A DNA stretch of 29,534 bases from Candidatus Sumerlaeia bacterium (GCA_038208905.1 JBBQYG010000035.1:1-29534), one strand, 5' to 3'. Positions 1-10,785 are shown, numbered from the stretch's first letter. Translations and numbers: made by a program. Notes: generated by a model from the sequence alone, not told the origin.

Positions 1-1
1 C

Positions 2-917
2 TTCCACAGCGAGAAGCCGGAGTATCTGGCCCTCCACGAGGCGATAATCAGGTATCTCCAGTTCATCTGTGAGCGGACCAAAGAGTCTCCTCTCGACGAT
101 GGCCGGATTTCTAACTGGCTCCGATTTCCGGAAGTGAAGCAGACGTGGCTCGGCTTCAGCCAATCGGGGAACTCGGGTCGGGGGCTCGGGAACAAGTTCG
201 CCAAGGCCTTGGCAGAGAGCTTCGATGCGCTTTTCTCGGACTTTGGTCGCGAGCGGATCACGAAGGGGAGCCACCTCGAAAAGCTCTGCCTGCTGTGCGA
301 AGGGGTCGGACGTGACATGATCAGCGATTTCACGACCAACCTCATCAAGGACTACCTCCTGACCTACACCGAGACCTTTGCGAAGCAGCACATCGCCCCG
401 AACATGCTGAAGGAGTTCGCCATCCAACGGGCCGTATTTGACTACCCGACTCGGGCTTGGAGGATGAAGCGATACACTCTCCCCGTGCTCGATGGCGAGT
501 TCGTGGTTCTGACGCCGAAGGACATTCTTTCGAAGGACGACACCTGGATTTGCAAGGCGGACTTCTACAACTCGTTCGACAGCCTGCCTACGGCGATTGG
601 GAACGAGCAACTCCGCGCGCAGATCAACGAGTACTTCCTTGCTCGGCTCCCCAAGGTACAGAAGGGACCAACTGAGAAGGAACGGCATGCGGCCATGCTG
701 GCGACGGTGCGGAAGTTCCCTGAGTTGTACGACTGGTACATCCGCCAAAAGGAGGAGACCGGCGACCAAGCGAAAAACCTCAAGATCGCGCAGGTTCACG
801 AGGTCTTCAACCTGTTCGTCCTCCAAGCCAAGGAACTGATCGGAAAGCTTGATGAGACGACGGAGTTCTACAAACTGCGTCCCACCACGATCGAAGATGC
901 TCGCAAGCGGGTGGAGT
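2..917 (+). pseudogene. Conserved hypothetical protein, 5' end outside the window, 3' end truncated by an IS66-like insertion
   Basis: The frame of ORF 134..1051 is open back to position 2 (FHSEKPEYLALHEAIIRYLQF...FPEVKQTWLGFS...GSHLEKLCL...GVGRDMISDFTTNLIK). Protein-like sequence stops at ...DARKRVE, exactly where GTATCCGTCCC begins (918). The rest of the ORF to 1051 looks like read-through into IS DNA. Confidence 0.7.
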
Positions 918-1225
918 GTATCCGTCCCGACCCGACCATGTTGACTTGGGCCCCTTGTGCTGCTCGACTGCCGCTTTTCCATCTTGCCGAGGAGAGCGGT
1001 CATGGGCGCGGAGCGGGAATCCGTGTGGGCGGAGCGGGATATTGTCGTTGAGCGGTGGGAGGCGAGCGGGCTGTCGATGGCGGAGTTTTGTCGGCGGGAG
1101 GGGATCGGGTAGTTGCAGTTCGCGTCATGGAGGAAGCGGCTCTCGCTTCCGGGCGAGGCGAGCGCGGGATTCGCGGAACCGGTGGTGGCGCCGTCGGCCA
1201 CGGCGGCGGTTGGGCGAGTGCCCCT
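918..1225 (+). mobile_element. IS66-family remnant (left end plus degenerate tnpA)
   Basis: Begins GTATCCGTCCCGACCCGACC, similar to the GTA-starting ends of IS66 elements, and a tnpA-like frame follows 84 nt later. No tnpB, tnpC or right end was seen. The right boundary is approximate. Confidence 0.65.
1002..1225 (+). pseudogene. tnpA: IS66 TnpA-like HTH accessory protein with an in-frame stop
   Basis: GAGGAGAG RBS then ATG at 1002: MGAERESVWAERDIVVERWEASGLSMAEFCRREGIG*LQFASWRKRLSLPGEASAGFAE. The W..SGLS.AEFCRREGI...F..WRKRL pattern is typical of IS66 TnpA. In-frame TAG at 1110-1112. Confidence 0.75.
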
Positions 1226-1230
1226 GCGAC

Positions 1231-1473
1231 CTACGCGGGAACTCCGATTTCTAGCGGTTGGAAATGCAGGATGAAGCCGGTGGGCTCTGGGTGCGTCTCG
1301 TAGCCAAGCTCTTTCGCGCACTCGAGCCACACTTCTACAACCTCACGAAGGTTGTGCTGCAGCTCTTCGAACGTCTCTGCGGTAGGAAAGCAACCGGGCA
1401 GCTCTGGAATCAGGGCGTTGTAGACGGACTCGGTTGGCTTCTGGCCGAGTTCGACCTCGACGCAGTATTTCAT
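1231..1473 (-). CDS. hicB: HicB-family antitoxin (80 aa)
   Basis: YNALIPELPGCFPTAETFEELQHNLREVVEVWLE matches the HicB/UPF0150 pattern (P.LPGC...G.T.EE...N..E....WLE). Confidence 0.85.
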   Translation of the reverse strand: MKYCVEVELGQKPTESVYNALIPELPGCFPTAETFEELQHNLREVVEVWLECAKELGYETHPEPTGFILHFQPLEIGVPA

Positions 1474-1712
1474 CGGGTCTCGTCCGCGTATCGGTTTCTA
1501 TTTCCGCCCGCGGTGCTACCCCGTGGCGCGAGCGGGCTCGTGATGGAGCTGGATTAATTCCGGACCCGTTACGGACGCCATTGCACGGGTGCGCCCGCGG
1601 CTATCCGCGAACTCGACTTCGTACGCCCCGTCTTCCAGCAGTTCCACAATGGTCCCGACTTGCCCTCGGCACAGGCCGTGTTCCGGCTTATCAACCGCGA
1701 GCGCGACGACTG

Positions 1713-1860
1713 CTAGAAGTGGTTCTCGAAAGTCTTGTCGCGATGGAGGACACCGTAAAAGAGTATCGTGGGCATCTTGCCCGCGCGTGGGGGCGACGGG
1801 GCTCGGGCGAGACGCCCAAGCTACGTTGGAATACGACAGGACTTTCGAGAGTCACTCTAG
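1713..1860. mobile_element. MITE-like non-autonomous element with ~27-bp terminal inverted repeats bounded by CTAG
   Basis: Left CTAGAAGTGGTTCTCGAAAGTCTTGTCG (1713-1740) pairs with right CGACAGGACTTTCGAGAGTCACTCTAG (1834-1860); the core matches at 16/17. Direct repeat CTAGAAGTGG at 1713-1722 and 1857-1866. Removal restores an intact gene. Confidence 0.85.
1763..1824. repeat. Inverted REP doublet (REPIN-like, GTAG class) inside the MITE
   Basis: GTATCGTGGGCATCTTGCCCGCG (1763-1785, +) and GTAGCTTGGGCGTCTCGCCCGAG (1824-1802, -) are 18/23 identical. Each is a GTAG/GTAT tetramer followed by a hairpin, with compensatory stem substitutions between the copies. Confidence 0.8.
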
Positions 1861-1898
1861 AAGTGGAAGCAGGGGCATGGTCGGATGAACGCTCCAGA

Positions 1899-2231
1899 CT
1901 ACTCGGTATAGCAAGTGACCATTCGCGGGATCTCCTCGCCAGCCTTGATGAACCAAGGACTCAGGAGGGTCGCCCGTTCAGCCTTCGTTGCGACTTCACT
2001 TCGAACGACGTACCTCACGCCGTAGCGGTCTTCCCGTCCCCGCTCCGCGATGCCGTGCCTTGCGGCGGCCAGTAGCATGTCCCTCCGTATAATCCAATCC
2101 TGCGCCGTGATGCCGAGGACGGATCGGAAGACGCGCGCCTTCTGCATTCCTTCCGGATGCTCCTGATCCAGGCAGTAGGCCCGGATTTTTGCCGGGTCCA
2201 CCACCGCCCTGCCGTCCATCGGAAGATGCAT
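1899..2231 (-). CDS. DUF6883-like protein (110 aa), putative small toxin/nuclease
   Basis: MHLPMDGRAVVDPAKIRAYCLDQEHPEGMQKARVFRSVLGIT...DRYGVRYVV...WFIKAGEEIPRMVTCY fits the DUF6883 pattern (AVVD..KL..YCL...HP.G..KARVF...LG...PRL.TCY). It lies directly upstream of the DUF4926-like gene, as is usual for this pair. Confidence 0.8.
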   Translation of the reverse strand: MHLPMDGRAVVDPAKIRAYCLDQEHPEGMQKARVFRSVLGITAQDWIIRRDMLLAAARHGIAERGREDRYGVRYVVRSEVATKAERATLLSPWFIKAGEEIPRMVTCYTE

Positions 2232-2240
2232 GGCGCCCAC

Positions 2241-3974
2241 CTACTCCCCCAGCGCCGCCCACAGCGGCTCCACCTCGCAGAGGCTCGGCTGCAACACGCC
2301 GAGCAGCGCAGCTACCGTCGGCGCGATCATGGGGGGGGAGACGTGGCGAAAGCTGACGCCTTGGTGGATACCTGCCCCCACGGCCAGCATGGGCACGTGC
2401 TGGTCATAGCGATACGGCGAACCGTGCGTTGAGCCGGTTGTTCCGCCGAAGTAGTAGTAGGGCTTGAACACAAAGGCCACCTGACCGGCGCGCTCGGGGT
2501 GATAGCTGAGTTGCAGCGCCCGGATCGTGGCGTCGGAGGATGGGTCCAGCTTCAGCAGGTCCTCCACCGGCATCGCCATCGCCACGTACGGGAGCGCGGC
2601 GGCCGCCGCAGAGGCCGCGCGCAACGCCTTGTCCCGCGCTTCTGGGTCTTGCGGCAGGTTGAGTACCAGCCATGGCCACGATATCTTCTCCAGGTGCGTC
2701 GTCTTTCCCTCTGGTGGCGTGGCGAGCGCCTTCGCCAGTTCCGCCTCGATGTCGCGGGCCATCGCGCCGGAGGAGACCCGCCCCGCGGGGACACGGCGGG
2801 GAAGCATCACCTCCGGCATCGGCGCCACGCCGTGGTCCGCCGTCAGCAACAGCGTCCAGCGTCCCTCGCCCACTTGCGCGTCGAGCTGAGACATCAGGCG
2901 CGCCAGGGTCGCGTCCGTGCGCAGGGTGATGTCCATCACCTCCCAGGAGTCGGGGCCGAACGCGTGGCCGACCAAGTCATTGGCCGAGAAACTCAGCGTC
3001 AGGATATCGGGGACGTCGTCGGCGCCGAGCTTCTCCTCGCGGATCGCCTCCAGGGCGAGGTCCACGATCACCTCGTTGGCGAAGGGCGAGAAGCTGAGCG
3101 CGCCGTAGTAGGAAGCGTCGGCGGAATCTGTCTCCCCCATCTTGTGGGGAAAGGTGATGCCGGCAAAGGGGCCCTTCCCCTCGCCGGGGGCGTCATCGGC
3201 GGTGCAGAGCGCCAGATAAGGATCGATGCCCCCCAGCAGCAGATTCCACGAGCCCCCCGCCCAGCGCGCCGCCGCGCCGGAGAGGTTGAACGCCGCCACC
3301 CACTCGGGCAGTTGGTCGCCATACCACGTGCTCGAGACGAACTGGCCGAGCTTGTCGTCGAACCACAGCACCACGTCGCCCGATTTCCCCGCCATGAAGA
3401 TCGAGGAGCGATCTTTCCACGAGATGCTGACGGTCTTGGCGCGGCCCGCGGTCGCGGCTTCCAGCATGTCGCCCACCGTCTCGGACTTTAGGTTGCGGGG
3501 TGATCGGGACGTTGCCTTCCCGGCGGCGGCCGGCAACCCCGGCTGGGGCGGCCACGTTTCTCCATCGCCCGCCTGCACTCCCTCGTTCGTCACCGTGCGG
3601 GCGTCCACGTCCTCTGCGCAGTACATCTCCCGCCACTGGTCCACCTGCCACCAATCGTTGGCCACGATCCCGTTGCGATGGCCATAGCTCCCCGTCATCA
3701 TCGTCGCGTGGCCCGCGCCGGTCATCGTGGCCGCATGTTCATAGTGGCAGTTGGAGTAGTTGAACCCCTCGCGCAGCATCCGTCCGATTCCTTCCTCGCC
3801 ATAGTGCGGGCGAAAGCGATCCACGAAATCGCCCCGCATCTGATCCACCGCCACAACCACGACGAGCGCGGGGCGGGGAGCCTCCTGGGCGAAGGCGCGC
3901 CCGGCGGGAATGGCCGAGAGAAGTGCCGCGATGGCCAAGGCTCCGGCAGGGGAAGGCGCGACGAACGATTTCAT
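2241..3974 (-). CDS. pafA: Secreted alkaline phosphatase family protein, PafA/SPAP-like (type I phosphodiesterase/nucleotide pyrophosphatase superfamily)
   Basis: Signal peptide (MKSFVAPS...AFAQ), VDQMRGD, TMTGAGHAT (Thr nucleophile type), GIVANDW, KDRSSI, DLVGHAFGPDS, TADHG, THGSPYRYD. Start moved to ATG 3974, which has a GGGAG RBS. Confidence 0.88.
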   Translation of the reverse strand: MKSFVAPSPAGALAIAALLSAIPAGRAFAQEAPRPALVVVVAVDQMRGDFVDRFRPHYGEEGIGRMLREGFNYSNCHYEHAATMTGAGHATMMTGSYGHRNGIVANDWWQVDQWREMYCAEDVDARTVTNEGVQAGDGETWPPQPGLPAAAGKATSRSPRNLKSETVGDMLEAATAGRAKTVSISWKDRSSIFMAGKSGDVVLWFDDKLGQFVSSTWYGDQLPEWVAAFNLSGAAARWAGGSWNLLLGGIDPYLALCTADDAPGEGKGPFAGITFPHKMGETDSADASYYGALSFSPFANEVIVDLALEAIREEKLGADDVPDILTLSFSANDLVGHAFGPDSWEVMDITLRTDATLARLMSQLDAQVGEGRWTLLLTADHGVAPMPEVMLPRRVPAGRVSSGAMARDIEAELAKALATPPEGKTTHLEKISWPWLVLNLPQDPEARDKALRAASAAAAALPYVAMAMPVEDLLKLDPSSDATIRALQLSYHPERAGQVAFVFKPYYYFGGTTGSTHGSPYRYDQHVPMLAVGAGIHQGVSFRHVSPPMIAPTVAALLGVLQPSLCEVEPLWAALGE

Positions 3975-4301
3975 GCGGTGAGACTCCCGTCTTGGATGAC
4001 CGACACGTCCCCCATCGGGATATCCTCCCGGCGAGAGGTCAACACAACGTTCTCCCGCCCTGCGATTGCCATCACGGCGCGGGTCGATCCCATCCACATC
4101 GGGGCCGGGGGAAAACGGCGCTCTCCGCTCTCCTTTCCGCATCGCCTCGCGGCATCCTGGGCGGGGCTTCTCTGCGCCGCCGCGCGAACCCGTTTGCATA
4201 GACATATATACACACCCGGCGCGCGGTGCGGGAAAGCGAAAAACTCGCGTCGCGGGTCGCGCGACGCCGAAAAAGTGCCTCCACGAGGGTCCGCAAGGGA
4301 C

Positions 4302-4343
4302 TTTTCCACAGTTTATGCATTTTTTCGATCATCCTGTGGATGA
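4302..4343. promoter_or_regulatory. Pair of oppositely oriented DnaA-box-like sites upstream of ppdK
   Basis: TTTTCCACA (4302-4310) and TGTGGATGA (4335-4343) each differ by one base from TTATCCACA. They sit in an AT-rich patch just before TTGACA (4350-4355). Confidence 0.4.
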
Positions 4344-4565
4344 AATCATTTGACATGGCAATCGGGAGGCTCGAAAGGTCCACCCGAATTGAGCAGTTCG
4401 GGCGCCGAATCGGCCCTGTATAGACAACGCCGAGCAGCGGCGAAAACCGGAAGCGGACCGACGCGAACACGAGTGCAGCTTGCCTCCCCCTCGCGCCGCT
4501 TTCCATCGTCGAAACGAAGCACGAATCGCCCGGGCCCGGGGCCCGCACTGTTCAAGGAGAAGAGA

Positions 4566-7544
<2,979 letters not shown>

Positions 7545-7573
7545 TCCTTCGCCTCACTCGACTTCTGCCGTCA

Positions 7574-7610
7574 GGCCCCGGTCCCCTGTGGACCGGGGCC
7601 CGGCTTTTTT
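7574..7610 (+). terminator. Rho-independent terminator after ppdK/histone-like gene
   Basis: 11-bp stem GGCCCCGGTCC / GGACCGGGGCC with a 5-nt loop, followed by CGGC and TTTTTT. Confidence 0.8.
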
Positions 7611-7739
7611 GGGGGAAGGGAATGGGGAATGGCAACAAGCCGAGGGCGCTTCCGAATTTCAGCGCTTGTCTTGGCCGACCGCCATCGAAGTTGGCACCCC
7701 ATTCCCAATTCCCCATTCTCCATTCCCTCTTTCCTTCTA
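7611..7739. repeat. Inverted arrays of short heptamer repeats (GGGAATG / CATTCCC type)
   Basis: GGGAAGGGAATGGGGAATGGCAAC on the left; GTTGGCACCCCATTCCCAATTCCCCATTCTCCATTCCC on the right. Confidence 0.65.
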
Positions 7740-7809
7740 TTGACTCCCCCCGCGCCTGAAATCCCCAATGGCGGCGCTTCGACAATCCAACAGTTCCATT
7801 CGACACGCC

Positions 7810-8478
7810 ATGCCGCTCAAAACGATTCGGAATCTTTCTTCCCTCATGCTGCTTCTGGCGGTTCTTGGCTTCGCCGTTGGTTGCGCCAGCCGGCCGGAGC
7901 CATCGCGCAGCGTCAGGCTCGCGGTCCTTGATGGAAAGGTCCTCTACGATGTCGATCCCAAGGGAACGCTGGTGGAGGAGGGTTGGTGGTTCAGTTCCCG
8001 CGACCGCTTCCTTTCCAGCAACATGGGGATCCAGCTTGGCGAGGCGCTCGCCCACCAGTTTGACAAGCTTCCCGGCGTGGAGGTCTATTCGCGCGACGAC
8101 CAGTCGATCTACCTCTCCCTCAAGGAGCGCCAGATCGACCGCAACTACCCGAACCTGACCCCCGCCCAGCGCAAGCAGCTCCTCCTCGAACAGGACCCGC
8201 TCGACTACGGCAAGTCCCTCGGCATGGACTTCGTCATGACCTCGGAAGTCCGCAAGTCGGCCACCGTCATCAACCGGACGTTCTCCTGGTGGTACAGCCA
8301 TCTGGATACGACGGTACAGTTGTGGGACGTGGCGAGCGGCCAGATGGTGTGGACTCGTAGCTGGGAGGACTCCGACGCCTTCGATTCGCAGCTCGCCATG
8401 GCCGAGGAATGCGCGCGGGAACTCTCTCGCCGGGTAACGCGAGACGACGCTTTCGTGCTATATCCCGCAAGCCGCTGA
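7810..8478 (+). CDS. Lipoprotein, possibly CsgG/TolB-N/LpoB-like fold
   Basis: Signal peptide with lipobox AVGC. The pattern VRLAVLD...LAHQF...YGKSLGMDFVMTSEV...VQLWDVASGQMVW resembles CsgG/TolB-N-type domains. Confidence 0.65.
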   Translation: MPLKTIRNLSSLMLLLAVLGFAVGCASRPEPSRSVRLAVLDGKVLYDVDPKGTLVEEGWWFSSRDRFLSSNMGIQLGEALAHQFDKLPGVEVYSRDDQSIYLSLKERQIDRNYPNLTPAQRKQLLLEQDPLDYGKSLGMDFVMTSEVRKSATVINRTFSWWYSHLDTTVQLWDVASGQMVWTRSWEDSDAFDSQLAMAEECARELSRRVTRDDAFVLYPASR

Positions 8479-8498
8479 CCGCCAGGCCCGCCGATACC

Positions 8499-9224
8499 TT
8501 GTCACGCCGTAGAAAAAATCCGCCGCGCCCGGCCCCGGCGGCCGAAACTCCGGGCGCGGCCTCCAATGCCCCCTCGACCGCCCCGCGCGGAGAGGCGGGC
8601 GTCCGCCGACTCATCGCCATTGTCATCATTGCCGTCTTCGTGATTTTCGAGATCGCGATCTTCGCCATCTTCCGCACGGGTGAACAGATCCACTGGAAGA
8701 AGGAGCTCTCCTCCGTGGATGCCCTTCACGCGGGGGAGAAGCATGCCGAAGCGGCCAAGGCCCTTGCCGCGTTTGGCGAGAAGTGGACTGGCGCCATGGC
8801 CACCTTCGACTGGAACCGCAAGATGGGCCTGTATCACGGGCTCGCCGGCGACTGGAAGACGGCGGCGCGGCACTATGCGGAGGCCGTCCGCATCAACCCC
8901 AAGACCCCCGGCATCAACGCCGCCGCGGGCGAGGCGTTTCTCAACGACGGTCAGGAGCAGAAGGCCGTTGAGTTCCTGCGCGCGGAGGTTGACAAAATTC
9001 CGCGCGCCACGGGCGACCACGACAGGGCCCATTTCCACCTTGGCGTCGTCTTCCACCGCGCGGGCGACGATCCCGCCGCCTTCCGCGAATTCGAGGCGAT
9101 TTCCGACCGCCCCGCATGGAGTTCGCGAATCGGCGAACTTCGCGCGGAGCTTGCCAGTCAGGTTATCGACCACGCCCGCGAGGAAGCCCGCGCCGCCGTC
9201 TCCGCCGAACTGCCGCCATCCTGA
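8499..9224 (+). CDS. Membrane-anchored TPR protein
   Basis: Probable TTG start (MSRRRKNPP; start uncertain). One TM helix (LIAIVIIAVFVIFEIAIFAIF) and TPR motifs (MGLYHGLAGDWKTAARHYAEAVRINP; AHFHLGVVFHRAGD). Confidence 0.75.
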   Translation: MSRRRKNPPRPAPAAETPGAASNAPSTAPRGEAGVRRLIAIVIIAVFVIFEIAIFAIFRTGEQIHWKKELSSVDALHAGEKHAEAAKALAAFGEKWTGAMATFDWNRKMGLYHGLAGDWKTAARHYAEAVRINPKTPGINAAAGEAFLNDGQEQKAVEFLRAEVDKIPRATGDHDRAHFHLGVVFHRAGDDPAAFREFEAISDRPAWSSRIGELRAELASQVIDHAREEARAAVSAELPPS

Positions 9225-9246
9225 CACGCCCCCGCTCCTCCGCCAA

Positions 9247-10785
9247 ATGACGACTCCCGAGTTTCCCTTTCTCCCCGATCACAACGAGCTGATTCGCAAC
9301 CGATACGCCAAGGCCGACGCCTTGCGCGCCGCGGGCCAGAATCCCTATCCCGCGCTCTTCGAGGCCAACGACACCGCCGCCGCGATCCTTGCGGAGCCCG
9401 AGGCGCTTATCGAGAACGCGCGCCCGCTTTCTGTCCTTGGCCGCGCGATGACGATCCGCTCCTTCGGCAAGACGGCCTTCTTCCACCTCCGCGACCGCAG
9501 CGGGCTGGTGCAGGTGTACGTGAAGAAGGGTCTTGTTCCCGAGGAGGATTTCGAGGTCTTCCGCGAGCACGTCGATGGCGGCGATCTTGTCGGCGTGACC
9601 GGCAAGCTCTTCCGCACGAAGACCGGCGAGGCCACCATCGAGGCGTCCTCGATCCGGCTCTGCTCCAAGTCCGTCCGCCAATTGCCGGAAAAGTGGCACG
9701 GCTTCAAGGACGTGGAGCTGCGCTATCGCCAACGCTATGTGGACCTGATCGCGAACCCCGACGTTGCGGAGGTCTTCCGCAAGCGCTCGCGCATTGTCTC
9801 CGCAATGCGGCGCTTCCTCGACGACACGGGCTTCATGGAGGTCGAAACCCCCATGATGCACCCGATCTTCGGCGGCGCCTCGGCGCGGCCGTTCCACACG
9901 CACCACAACACGCTGGACATGCCGCTGTATATGCGCATCGCGCCGGAGCTCTACCTTAAGCGCCTCGTCGTCGGCGGGCTCGACCGCGTGTATGAAATCA
10001 ACCGCAACTTCCGCAACGAAGGCATCTCCGTCCGCCACAATCCCGAGTTCACGATGCTGGAACTCTATGCCGGCGGATGGAACGCCAGCCGCATGATGGA
10101 CTTCGTGGAGGAGATCATCCGCGCCACCGCGCGCGGCGCGCTGTCCTCGCTGGAGTGCGAGCACAACGGCGTCGGCTACGATTTCGCCAAGCCCATCGAG
10201 CGCGTCCGCTACGTGGATGTGATCGGGCGGGTCCTTGGTGTCGATGTGGACTGGGGCATGTCGCTGGAGGACATCCGCGCGCGCGCGGGCGACCGCGGGA
10301 TTCCGTCCGACGTTAAGAGCGCCGACGACGCGATCATCTTCCTCTTCGAGGAGCACTGCGAGGGCGCGCTGGTCCAGCCCACCTTTGTCACCGAGTTCGC
10401 CAAGTCCGTCAGCCCCCTCGCCAAGTCGGTCGATGGAAGGCCCGAGGTCGCCGACCGCTTCGAGCTGTATATCGGCGGCATGGAGATCGCCAACGGCTAC
10501 TCCGAGCTGAACGACCCGCGCGAGCAGTACCAGCGCTTTGCCGAGCAGGTGGGCCGCCGCGCCCAGGGCGACCTGGAGGCGACAGGCGAGATCGACGAGG
10601 ACTACGTCCGCGCGCTCGAATATGGCATGGTCCCCACCGCTGGTCTTGGCGTCGGCATCGACCGCCTGACGATGATTCTCACGGGCGCTGCGTCGATCCG
10701 CGACGTGATCCTGTTTCCGCTTCTGCGGCCGCTCAAGAACGAGGAACTCGCCGAGCAGGCGCGCCTCGAGCAGGAGACCCCGTGA
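9247..10785 (+). CDS. lysS: Lysine--tRNA ligase (class II)
   Basis: OB-fold (FGKTAFFHLRDRSG), LPEKWHG, YRQRYVDLI, FMEVETPMM, GGASARPF, YMRIAPELYLKRL, FRNEG, HNPEFTMLE, EIANGYSELNDP, GLGVGIDRL. Start moved to ATG 9247. Confidence 0.98.
   Translation: MTTPEFPFLPDHNELIRNRYAKADALRAAGQNPYPALFEANDTAAAILAEPEALIENARPLSVLGRAMTIRSFGKTAFFHLRDRSGLVQVYVKKGLVPEEDFEVFREHVDGGDLVGVTGKLFRTKTGEATIEASSIRLCSKSVRQLPEKWHGFKDVELRYRQRYVDLIANPDVAEVFRKRSRIVSAMRRFLDDTGFMEVETPMMHPIFGGASARPFHTHHNTLDMPLYMRIAPELYLKRLVVGGLDRVYEINRNFRNEGISVRHNPEFTMLELYAGGWNASRMMDFVEEIIRATARGALSSLECEHNGVGYDFAKPIERVRYVDVIGRVLGVDVDWGMSLEDIRARAGDRGIPSDVKSADDAIIFLFEEHCEGALVQPTFVTEFAKSVSPLAKSVDGRPEVADRFELYIGGMEIANGYSELNDPREQYQRFAEQVGRRAQGDLEATGEIDEDYVRALEYGMVPTAGLGVGIDRLTMILTGAASIRDVILFPLLRPLKNEELAEQARLEQETP

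Larger units (their letters stand above)
1516..1878 (-). pseudogene. DUF4926-like protein interrupted by a 144-bp insertion (72 aa when restored)
   Basis: Removing 1717-1860 restores MPLLPLLAVVALAVDKPEHGLCRGQVGTIVELLEDGAYEVEFADSRGRTRAMASVTGPELIQLHHEPARATG*, with GGAG upstream of the ATG at 1878. VVAL..D.PEHGL.RGQVGTIVE.L....YEVEF.D..GRT is the DUF4926 pattern. Not in the ORF track. Confidence 0.85.

Noticed and set aside
1110-1112. In-frame TAG in tnpA as possible stop-codon reassignment
   Set aside because: TAG ends several intact genes here (pafA, lolC, hicB, kinase, double GT4), so this is simple pseudogenisation.
1852-1854. In-frame TGA followed by a hairpin as possible selenocysteine codon
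   Set aside because: The TGA is part of the MITE terminal repeat and does not align with a Cys position of the host protein.
1434-2075. 213-aa plus-strand ORF
   Set aside because: It crosses the antisense of the DUF4926-like and DUF6883-like genes and the MITE; the minus-strand reading explains the region better.
3975-4565. oriC, riboswitch or ncRNA in the long intergenic region
   Set aside because: Only two DnaA-box-like sites, no clear unwinding element or replication genes, and no RNA family motif I could recognise. An Rfam search would be needed.
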